Positions 1-7,725 of a stretch of 10,372 nucleotides of DNA are shown one piece after another; positions within the stretch are counted from its first letter, which is position 1, and each line of letters opens with the position of its first letter. The notes beneath the pieces were generated by a model. That model ran no database searches, was not told the origin of the DNA, and saw only the letters and a list, made by a program, of their open reading frames with translations. The position numbers and the translations under genes were made by a program. Source of the stretch: Bdellovibrionales bacterium (GTDB lineage Bacteria > Bdellovibrionota > Bdellovibrionia > Bdellovibrionales > JAMPXM01); contig JAYUEN010000473.1 of the NCBI GenBank assembly GCA_043739185.1, forward strand, positions 1 to 10,372. Reading direction: 5' to 3'.

Positions 1-85
1 GTGGTGGATTTAAAACAAAAACAAGCTCGCTTCATGCAGACCAGCAAAAAGCAAAGCCCAGGCCAGTTTTAAGCCTTTACAGTCT

Positions 86-113
86 AAGGGCCCAGTTTAA
101 AGGGCCCAGTTTA
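86..113. repeat. Exact 14-bp tandem direct repeat (AAGGGCCCAGTTTA x2)
   Basis: Copies at 86-99 and 100-113 are identical. Partial related words lie at about 53-70 (aaagcccagg, aggccagtttt). The repeat ends 3 bp from the S8 peptidase stop codon. Confidence 0.9.
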
Positions 114-116
114 TTT

Positions 117-3100
117 TTAGTTCATCAGTAAACTTTGTATTTCCCAGCCGTCTTTTTCCTTACATAAAAAGACAAATGCAAAATCACCCTGCTCTGAAAA
201 CTTTTGCGGAGCCAGGGCCCGACAATCCGTCGGCACATCGATATTCATATTCGCCGGTGCCACTAGGCCCTGTTCGGTTGCCACCCAGAGGTAAACACTT
301 TGTGAGGAAACCTGAGTCGCATCAACATAAAGTGCTGGCTGCAAGGAGCCTTGATTGCGATAACTCACCGGAAAGAACAATTCATCGAATACGCTTCCTG
401 GAAGTAAACTAGATCGCTTGATCGACTCTTCAGTTCGCTGAATGACTCCACTAGCACTTGAAGTTTGCAATATTAGATTGCTCTTGGATTGTAGGAAGGA
501 GTAAAAAACATTGCCTTTTTTAAATGCTTGCAAAAATCCGAGCAGATAATCTTGCGGCGTCGTTGAACTAATCAAAGCGCGATTTTCAAGCTGAGCTCCA
601 CTTTCAGAAAGAAAATTAAGCTGGGCTTTGGTCGGCGTCACAAACGAAGAAAACATGGCCGACGAATTGTAAATAGAATCACCACTGCTCAGATCAATAA
701 CCTGATTGATCGGGTTATTATCAAATTGGCTTGATTGAAACCCCGACTTCAGCAAATTATACTCGTGCTTTAAGAGCTGGTGCGAATTTGCACTGATCAC
801 GACATAGTTTTTTAAATCACTTTGTCCATAACTAAACAAAATTCGAATCGAACCCTGCGCCAAATCTCCAGAAGATTGCGGAAATATAGCTACCAAATTG
901 AGATCAATTTTATAGGCAAGTTTGAGTTCTTCTCGCAAATGCTTTCGAAACAAATAGTTGTCGTAATTTCGAGTTGCAAAAGTCCACTTCTGAGCTTCAA
1001 GTTTTGGTTCAAGAAAAAACACGCGTTTTTGTGATCGATTCGGCTCGAACTCAAACGGATCCGGATTGAGATCGGCCTTAGGAATTTTACCGCCGCCTAT
1101 AAAAACAGGTAATGCTCGACCGGCCCCATTACTATTGGGTAGTTCACCTGAAACCAAATTGAGTTTAGCATAAGCTGCATTGTCAATAACTACAGTTTCA
1201 GGAGTAAATTGTATTTCCGGCGCTTGCTCAGTCGCCTTCAGGTCAGAATTCAAATAAAAATAAGCGATGTATTTTGTCTTTTTATCCTCAGCGAGTGAAA
1301 TGCCACTGAGCATATAACCGCGTTTTTGATTTTCAAAAAGAGGCCCCTTCATGACCCACAACAGCGAAGTCATTTTAGGATATACGAGAGCCGGTTGCTC
1401 TTCATAAACTCCGTTTTTGAAACTAATAAAATGCAAATGAAGGCCATCATCTGACTTTTCAGACCAATAGTATTCAGGTGCGTGAGCAGTTAAATCAAAA
1501 TCACGAACTGTCAGCAAAGGAAGTTGCTCTTTTGCCTTTGTTAAATGAATTGCAAAGCGTTTCAAATCACGATCAGTCTTTAAGGATCGTGATACTTGAA
1601 ATATATGATGAAAAACTCTGGTCTTGACTAGTGGGCTTGATATTTCAACTGAAATGTGAATTTCGCCAGATTGGGAAAGCTTTAACAATGTCCCATCAAT
1701 TTTGAGATTTTGCTGCCCGTCTTTGGCAAGCGCGATCTCAAACTTTGATTGCGAATCAATTCTGAATTGAGGAGATAGTGACTGAATCGTAATTTGCACA
1801 CGATCCGCCGCCGCCCAATAGTTCTTTATTGGTAGGTCAAATTGAATTTTCTGAGAAGGAATCTGGTAGATCAGGCGATCCAAGGATTTAAAATCAGGAG
1901 CTAGTGCTGGCTGAGAATTCAGCTTTATAGCTTGATCTATCTTAAGCATTCCAAACTGGGTGAATTTCGAATTAGGGGCCACCTCACTACTCGACAAAAA
2001 CAGTCGCGCTTTGACTTCGTTTTCTGAAATATTAGGAATTATACCTTTGAGGATCGCAACCGCTCCGGTTACGAAGGGTGCCGCCTGACTCGTGCCGTTT
2101 AAGATTTCAAAACCCTTGACTGAAAATGAGAGCGAATCAAGATTACGAGAATAGAGGCTGAGAATTTCTTCGCCTGGCGCATTGAGATCAATATGTCCAC
2201 CATAGTTAGAAAATGGCGCAATCGTGCCGTCAATCCCGACCGCTCCAACACAGATGACTCCCGCATAAGAGCAAGGAAATACCGGAGAAGTATGATTATT
2301 GTTGCCGGCCGCTGCAACTATACTAATTCCTGCTTTTTGGGCCTCAGCAAAGGCTTGTCTGAGATACTCGGCATCTAAAGATTTTGGCCAGCCCAAACTC
2401 AAGTTGATGACATCGGCCTTCATTTTAATTGCGTACAAGATTGCTTTTGTCATTCGATCAGAAAGGGTTAGCCCATGATAAGTCCCACCGTTATCACTCT
2501 TGCTCGTAACTTTAATTGGTAAAATTCGAATGCGATTTGAAAGGCCACTGACCCCTTGGCCGTTAGACTTTTCAGCAGCAATGATTCCTGCGACATGTGT
2601 CCCGTGCCCCAAATCATCATCCGGATTATTATTCCCATTTGCATCGGCAGTTGTGAAATTCCACCCCATGCAATCGCCGGGATAACCATTGTTATCTTTG
2701 TCGGTTTTGACATCAAACGGGATTTCACCTTTGTCACATTCAATTTCATTTTTATAAATATTATTCATGAGGTCAGGGTGTTTGAGATCGACCCCGCTAT
2801 CTAAGACCGCAACCAAGACTTGTTTTTTCATGAGTTGATCGACTTCTTGATTTGCCGGTAAATTCACATCAGCTGGATAGGTAGAGCTGCTAGAAGCCGG
2901 CCGCGAATTGATATCATCAATCTCCCGCATAATTTTTTGATCGCGCCGAGCAATGGCCCACTGATAGGAAAGCAAGGGATCATTATAAGGCAAATGTGCA
3001 TCCGTTGTCGGCACCACCGAAAACGAATCAAGTGAAAAACTTTGATCCACGCGTTTTACATTTGAGAGTTGCAAAAGTTTTTCTTTAAGTGTCGATGCCT

Positions 3101-3341
3101 GTACCGAATTTCGAATTTGCAGTCGATAAAACCTCTCAAAGTATTCGGACTTAAAGCTGTCAAATCTCTCAACTTGCGCCACTCCAGAAATCTTACGTAT
3201 CGCTTCGATTTGAGTCCGCAAAGGAGCTTTCTTAAATTCAATGAAAAGTGAATTTTCTGAAGGCGCAAGCGCCATTCCTTTTTTAACCAAAAGAATTTGA
3301 GCACTGAGAACAACAATCAGTAAAACCATCAACTTTTTCAT
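117..3341 (-). CDS. Secreted S8 family (subtilisin-like) serine peptidase, 1074 aa, with a ~590-aa C-terminal extension
   Basis: Catalytic motifs are VAVLDSG (D181), HGTHVAGII (H246), AAAGN (oxyanion N347) and NGTSQAAP (S418). Also present are FSNYG, LNAPGEEILS and a DKDNNGYPGDCMGWNF Ca-binding-type insert. The N-terminus has a signal peptide (MKKLMVLLIVVLSAQ...) and a probable prodomain. SD-like AAGGG lies 6 nt before the ATG. Confidence 0.96.
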   Translation of the reverse strand: MKKLMVLLIVVLSAQILLVKKGMALAPSENSLFIEFKKAPLRTQIEAIRKISGVAQVERFDSFKSEYFERFYRLQIRNSVQASTLKEKLLQLSNVKRVDQSFSLDSFSVVPTTDAHLPYNDPLLSYQWAIARRDQKIMREIDDINSRPASSSSTYPADVNLPANQEVDQLMKKQVLVAVLDSGVDLKHPDLMNNIYKNEIECDKGEIPFDVKTDKDNNGYPGDCMGWNFTTADANGNNNPDDDLGHGTHVAGIIAAEKSNGQGVSGLSNRIRILPIKVTSKSDNGGTYHGLTLSDRMTKAILYAIKMKADVINLSLGWPKSLDAEYLRQAFAEAQKAGISIVAAAGNNNHTSPVFPCSYAGVICVGAVGIDGTIAPFSNYGGHIDLNAPGEEILSLYSRNLDSLSFSVKGFEILNGTSQAAPFVTGAVAILKGIIPNISENEVKARLFLSSSEVAPNSKFTQFGMLKIDQAIKLNSQPALAPDFKSLDRLIYQIPSQKIQFDLPIKNYWAAADRVQITIQSLSPQFRIDSQSKFEIALAKDGQQNLKIDGTLLKLSQSGEIHISVEISSPLVKTRVFHHIFQVSRSLKTDRDLKRFAIHLTKAKEQLPLLTVRDFDLTAHAPEYYWSEKSDDGLHLHFISFKNGVYEEQPALVYPKMTSLLWVMKGPLFENQKRGYMLSGISLAEDKKTKYIAYFYLNSDLKATEQAPEIQFTPETVVIDNAAYAKLNLVSGELPNSNGAGRALPVFIGGGKIPKADLNPDPFEFEPNRSQKRVFFLEPKLEAQKWTFATRNYDNYLFRKHLREELKLAYKIDLNLVAIFPQSSGDLAQGSIRILFSYGQSDLKNYVVISANSHQLLKHEYNLLKSGFQSSQFDNNPINQVIDLSSGDSIYNSSAMFSSFVTPTKAQLNFLSESGAQLENRALISSTTPQDYLLGFLQAFKKGNVFYSFLQSKSNLILQTSSASGVIQRTEESIKRSSLLPGSVFDELFFPVSYRNQGSLQPALYVDATQVSSQSVYLWVATEQGLVAPANMNIDVPTDCRALAPQKFSEQGDFAFVFLCKEKDGWEIQSLLMN

Positions 3342-3379
3342 TTTAAACCCTTGTACACTTAAGAGATCTTAAAAAATCA

Positions 3380-6300
3380 TTAGATTCTAGAAAGCAGCCA
3401 ATACAGAAAGAATTCGCTCTCACTCATTTCTAAATTCGTTTGTACAAACCTGAGTGGTCCATTCACTTTTCGACTTCCTACTACGCCTATGGTAGTAGAG
3501 ACCAGTGGAGTTTCGCCGCGCTCATCCTTGTCGCGAAAACCACTGATTCGAGCTTGAATAAATATATTGTCCGGTCCGCCCACAAGATTAATTAAATCCT
3601 TGCCAGGAAATAAAAGCTCAGCGGTGCTAATAAGATTCGCGCCATCTTCAGCTGCTTCTTGATTACGCCCGTCTACGCTCTTAGCTAGAAAATCATTTTG
3701 TAATTGAATGAATTTCTTAATAATTGAATCATGAAAGGCCCGGGTTTGAGCAGGAGTTACGCCCGTACTTCGGCCTTGAGTCGTAACTGGGGTTTTCGGA
3801 AACTTTGCATATTGCAAAAATAAACTGCGCACATTTTCAGGCGAGATATGGGTAATGAAATCGATGCCGGATTGATAAATATTCATTTCTAAATCAATCA
3901 CGTAGAGTTGAATTTTCTTAGCATCGTTTAAATCCGCAGGCCAAAAGAGCTGAACCCCAAATTGTTGATTGAAATCACCGATAATTTTAAGGGCTTCGAC
4001 CTTAGTAATATTCCAACCCTTATGATTTTGGCTTATATTGGCATAGGTTTCTCCGAGTGGGCTATTGGCCTGTTCATTGACGAGCTCTGACTCAAAACTC
4101 ACTCTTCGAGAAATGGCGTTTCCATAGAAACTATCTCCTGGATTCCCACTGCCGGTATTGTCTAAATAAAGATCTGTTCTGCCCGCTTGACTTTGAATGA
4201 AGCTTTGCAGAGCCTCGAGCGCAAGACTCTGATAGTCTTTGCCTTTGCGAGTAGCAAGTGCTCGATATAAGAAAGACTTTTTAACCCCTTCTGGAGAGGT
4301 CGCAGTTATCTTATCACTAGTTCTCAAAGATTTTGATTTGAAAAACAAGAAACCAAAATCTGTCGATTTTTCATTGAACTCATGAGCGATTTGAAATGGC
4401 TTTTGTTTGGACTCTACCATTTCAAGGGAATTTTCAAGGAGCAACTGGCGAACACTTAAAAGATTGGTCACAACGTCGGGATTGCGTTTCTTATCTGAAT
4501 CAATATTGATCTTAAAGAAATCTGTCTGCTCATGGCCCGAAGCTCTTGAAAAGCCTAGATTCAAGATTTGAATTCCATGAGTTCCGATTCCAAGTGAAAT
4601 TCCAAAAGTATTGACATCACCCGGGTCGCGATAAACTTGTATGGTGCTATCATCTTTTTTAAATATTTGTAGGCGATGGATGATTACTTCCGTATCAGAA
4701 ATTCTTGCTTGCGCTGCCACTGCCGTTGCAAGTGTATAACCGATTGAAAGCCCCGCGGTCGCATTTAAACTATCAGTAATAATGAGCGAATCACCTGTGG
4801 CCATGCTCTTAGTTAAGAGCCCAACCGTATCGGTCAGTAACTTCTGTTGATCTTCATCACTAGCTTTTGCGTTCATACTCAGAAGTGGATCAAAGATTTT
4901 ACCGAGATCCTTCTTAAACAGCGGTACCATCATGTTTTTATATGGTTCTTTTAATGCTGCCGCCATGCTCTTAATCGGTTTGATATGAGTATAGGTTCTG
5001 GTGAAACTTGCTCCTGCTTGACCAGAGGGAAACAACGCAGGATTTTGAATGCCGTCAAATCCCAGATAAAAACCCGCGCTCACTTGAAATCCAAAACTAT
5101 CTGCAATCTGAACAAGATTATCTGTTCCTAAATAGCTACCGACGACAATCTCACGTGAAGCAATCAAATGCCCAGCAAAACTCGGTATGGTATACATTCC
5201 GAACGGAATTTTATGTACCGTCCCGGTATTGATAAGCTCTTCAATTTGCCCGATGGTTTTATCAAGTTGATGATTGTAAACCTCTTGAGCAATATTGGTA
5301 TGAGGCAATACCATATTATTAAATTGAAAAACTAAATTTTCAATAAGCGATGAATAAAATTTCGATTTAAAAAATGCTTTCACTTCCGTTGGGGACACCG
5401 GAGATATTGGATCTCCAAATGAAAATCGTGAAGCGTAATTGGGCCAAATCTGTTGAGTGAGTTTACCGTCTACAAGCAAAGAGCCTGCCGAAATTTTTGA
5501 GTCCACATTGATATCCGGAAATTTAAAATTAAAAAGTGAAAGCAAACTATTACGACGCGACAATAATTTCTCAACTAAAAGTGCGGAAACCTCTTGCGGA
5601 AGCTTTGCTGCATTAACGACCTCAGTAAAATCATTTCTAGTTAAATTTGCAATACGACGGGCGATCCAGCGTGCGTCTTCATAAGACGGATTGAATTCTT
5701 CTGCACCTTCAAAGGGTAAATAAATCCCTTCACTTATTACTTGTCCTGACGTCCAAGAAAAAATATTTATACTTTCGGGAGCATCTAGTAAACTATAGGG
5801 AACCTGCACCGCATTGAGTATGCGTCGCCCCTGAACGACACTTGAAGTTGTCGCACCCAATGCCAAATTATAAATGTGGTCATCAGCAGACAAGACTAAA
5901 ACATCTTGCAAACTAATAGTATCGGACTCGGTATTATTAAGATCTAAAACCCAGCGCTCCGGATCTCCAAAAGTATTATTTCTAATTTGTGAGATAAAAT
6001 CTTTTCGGCTAAATGCACCGTTGAAGCGAATCTTCATCTTCGGCATATACTGCATTGACGGAACGACATATCCTAGCTTTTCAAGAAAGGCCTTTCGTAA
6101 TAAAACATTGTGCATGGTTTTACTTACCAGCACTACATAATTACGATTCACACCTTTTTCATCGACTACAGAAATTGTAAATCTAAAATTCCCTACTCGA
6201 GAAACTAAGTCTGCGAGAAAGCGATATTCACCAGATTCTTTTAATCCCAAACTATATCCGGCTAGATCGAGAGGCTTTGGCATTTGGTTATGCCACAGAT

Positions 6301-6535
6301 CCGTATTTGCATTTGGATTGAGAAGAGAAATATCTTGGCCTTGAGCCGCTAGTGCCGTGAGCTCATCAGGTAGGAGCACCCTATCTTTATAGACCACATC
6401 ACTTGCCTGTTGTTTATCGCTGGTTTTAGGAATCAAACCAGGAAAATCAATGGGCGAAGAAAGTCCCATTTGAGCTGAGAAAGTTGTTAAAAGAAGAAGC
6501 GACAAATTTTTAAAAGCGAAGCTTAAAGTTTTCAT
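3380..6535 (-). CDS. Large exported hypothetical protein (~1051 aa) with a putative degenerate kinase-like N-terminal domain and a beta-rich C-terminal half
   Basis: Long uninterrupted ORF. ATG at 6535 is preferred over TTG at 6649 because it gives a signal peptide (MKTLSFAFKNLSLLLLTTFSAQMGLS) and avoids overlapping the terminator at 6602-6635. The functional assignment is inference only. Confidence 0.88.
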   Translation of the reverse strand: MKTLSFAFKNLSLLLLTTFSAQMGLSSPIDFPGLIPKTSDKQQASDVVYKDRVLLPDELTALAAQGQDISLLNPNANTDLWHNQMPKPLDLAGYSLGLKESGEYRFLADLVSRVGNFRFTISVVDEKGVNRNYVVLVSKTMHNVLLRKAFLEKLGYVVPSMQYMPKMKIRFNGAFSRKDFISQIRNNTFGDPERWVLDLNNTESDTISLQDVLVLSADDHIYNLALGATTSSVVQGRRILNAVQVPYSLLDAPESINIFSWTSGQVISEGIYLPFEGAEEFNPSYEDARWIARRIANLTRNDFTEVVNAAKLPQEVSALLVEKLLSRRNSLLSLFNFKFPDINVDSKISAGSLLVDGKLTQQIWPNYASRFSFGDPISPVSPTEVKAFFKSKFYSSLIENLVFQFNNMVLPHTNIAQEVYNHQLDKTIGQIEELINTGTVHKIPFGMYTIPSFAGHLIASREIVVGSYLGTDNLVQIADSFGFQVSAGFYLGFDGIQNPALFPSGQAGASFTRTYTHIKPIKSMAAALKEPYKNMMVPLFKKDLGKIFDPLLSMNAKASDEDQQKLLTDTVGLLTKSMATGDSLIITDSLNATAGLSIGYTLATAVAAQARISDTEVIIHRLQIFKKDDSTIQVYRDPGDVNTFGISLGIGTHGIQILNLGFSRASGHEQTDFFKINIDSDKKRNPDVVTNLLSVRQLLLENSLEMVESKQKPFQIAHEFNEKSTDFGFLFFKSKSLRTSDKITATSPEGVKKSFLYRALATRKGKDYQSLALEALQSFIQSQAGRTDLYLDNTGSGNPGDSFYGNAISRRVSFESELVNEQANSPLGETYANISQNHKGWNITKVEALKIIGDFNQQFGVQLFWPADLNDAKKIQLYVIDLEMNIYQSGIDFITHISPENVRSLFLQYAKFPKTPVTTQGRSTGVTPAQTRAFHDSIIKKFIQLQNDFLAKSVDGRNQEAAEDGANLISTAELLFPGKDLINLVGGPDNIFIQARISGFRDKDERGETPLVSTTIGVVGSRKVNGPLRFVQTNLEMSESEFFLYWLLSRI

Positions 6536-6601
6536 CGATCGTAGTAAATAATTGAAGACGTCGCATTGCACAAGGCAATTGTAAGTATTGGAAATTTTTG
6601 C

Positions 6602-6635
6602 AAAAAAAAGCCCCTGAATTTCTTCAGAGGCTTTT
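6602..6635 (-). terminator. Rho-independent terminator of the lipoprotein gene
   Basis: The minus-strand RNA reads GCCUCUGAA-GAAA-UUCAGGGGC-U8: a 9-bp stem with one U-G wobble, a GNRA tetraloop and an 8-U tail. It lies about 50 nt after the stop at 6686. Confidence 0.88.
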
Positions 6636-6685
6636 AATATAATTCGCAAAAGTGCACCGGCGAAAACTCGCCTACGCAGTTTTAA

Positions 6686-7429
6686 TTACTTAGAAACTTG
6701 AAAAAGACCAGTGATGATCTTGTTCATATGTTCTGGGCCAACGCCATTTGCTGTCGCAGCTTTATCAATAAGAGAATTCAAGTCAGTTGAATCGCCTTGA
6801 GTTTGCTTTTGAAGAGCAGCTTTTACGTCAGTGATTGAAGAACCGATAAGTTCTTTTGAAAAATTGTCATAATCTGCATCGGTCATGCTAGATTTTGGAG
6901 TATTTTTCAATTGAACAGCAAGACGTGCAACTTCACGGCTACGTTCTACGCTCAAACCAAATACGCTTTGGATGTGCTCAGCTGAAGCCTTCACATTGAA
7001 TTCTTCTTTCAATGCAGAAAGTTTCTCTAAGTCTTTTGAATTAGCTGAAGTTTCTTCAAATACGATTCCGCTGTATGGATCTTGATATTGATTTCCACCG
7101 ATGTAATCAAGGCCAGAGAAAATATTTGCAGCACCTGAGTTTACGTAGTTAGAAATATCAGTACCTACTGACCAACCGTCAATATAGTAAGCTTCGTAAG
7201 TGCCGTTATTATCGACAACGATATAACCATTTTGAAGTGTATCAGTCTTAACGAGAGCAAGATTAACACCTGCATCAGTATAAGCGCGATATACGAATTC
7301 AGAAGCTAAATCTGAATGGCTAAAGTAGACTCCGCCAGTGCTAGTAGAGCCGCCGCCGCCGCCGCAAGCAACTAAGCTTAGCAAGCTAAGAGCAACAATT
7401 GATTTCGATACGAAATTTGAAAAAGACAT
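6686..7429 (-). CDS. Hypothetical lipoprotein (247 aa)
   Basis: ATG at 7429 is preceded by SD-like AAGGGG (6-nt spacing). The lipobox is LVA-C (Cys22), followed by a GGGGGSTSTGG linker. The N-half is Tyr/Gly/Asp-rich and beta-like, and the C-half is helical (KDLEKLSAL, FGLSVERSREVARLA). Confidence 0.9.
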   Translation of the reverse strand: MSFSNFVSKSIVALSLLSLVACGGGGGSTSTGGVYFSHSDLASEFVYRAYTDAGVNLALVKTDTLQNGYIVVDNNGTYEAYYIDGWSVGTDISNYVNSGAANIFSGLDYIGGNQYQDPYSGIVFEETSANSKDLEKLSALKEEFNVKASAEHIQSVFGLSVERSREVARLAVQLKNTPKSSMTDADYDNFSKELIGSSITDVKAALQKQTQGDSTDLNSLIDKAATANGVGPEHMNKIITGLFQVSK

Positions 7430-7486
7430 ATAGATCCCCTTTTGTGGTGTCATTTTCGGATTAATTTCCGATTTGTAACCTTGTAA

Positions 7487-7503
7487 TGAAAAGACTGTGC
7501 CAA
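7487..7503 (-). promoter_or_regulatory. Putative sigma54 (RpoN) -24/-12 promoter for the lipoprotein gene
   Basis: The minus strand reads TTGGCACAGTCTTTTCA against the consensus TGGCAC-N5-TTGCW. The -24 box and spacing are perfect and there is one mismatch (TC for GC at -12). It is about 60 nt upstream of the ATG. Confidence 0.5.
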
Positions 7504-7563
7504 AACAAGTTATGTTATTTTGACACCACCTTTAACTCACAGCGATGCTTAAATGAGAACGAA

Positions 7564-7600
7564 TTGAAAATGAAAATTTGGTAAAAATTATCAATTTCAA
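7564..7600. promoter_or_regulatory. AT-rich inverted repeat containing a Fur-box-like site; candidate regulator binding site
   Basis: TTGAAAATGAAAATTT-ggtaa-AAATTATCAATTTCAA has arms matching at 14/16. Positions 7579-7593 (TGGTAAA-A-ATTATCA) match the 7-1-7 Fur consensus TGATAAT-N-ATTATCA at 12/14. Confidence 0.42.
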
Positions 7601-7692
7601 AGTTTGTGACTTTCAAATTGAATGAAAAAAATTAGCTCAAGCTCGATGCGACATTCGCGTTTTTTGCAAATTCTTAATCCTTAGATGGGTGC

Positions 7693-7712
7693 AAAGGGGT
7701 CAAATCGACCCC
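7693..7712 (-). terminator. Possible weak intrinsic terminator or stabilising hairpin after the phosphatase gene
   Basis: The minus strand reads GGGGTC-GATTT-GACCCC-TTT, 13 nt after the stop. The stem is GC-rich but the U tail is only 3 nt. Confidence 0.5.
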
Positions 7713-7725
7713 ACAATGCTACGAA

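Noticed and set aside
1..72. Possible 3' end of a convergent plus-strand gene (VVDLKQKQARFMQTSKKQSPGQF*)
   Set aside because: Too short to support. Another plus frame is also open here and neither has a recognisable motif.
3359..3372. Palindrome TTAAGA-GA-TCTTAA between the two large genes
   Set aside because: It is short and AT-rich with a 2-nt loop, so it is too weak to call as a terminator or operator.
176..6140. Short alternative ORFs (60-93 aa, both strands) inside the two large genes
   Set aside because: They are fully nested in long, well-supported CDSs and have no motifs, consistent with shadow ORFs.
6536..6649. 38-codon N-terminal extension from TTG at 6649 given by the ORF track
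   Set aside because: It runs through the terminator hairpin and buries the signal peptide. ATG at 6535 is more plausible.
7349..7363. (GCC)5 trinucleotide repeat as a phase-variation tract
   Set aside because: It is in frame and encodes the Gly5 linker after the lipidated Cys, so slippage would not shift the frame.
7430..7453. Upstream ATG at 7453 for the lipoprotein
   Set aside because: The SD-like AAGGGG lies within this extension and is properly spaced for ATG at 7429.
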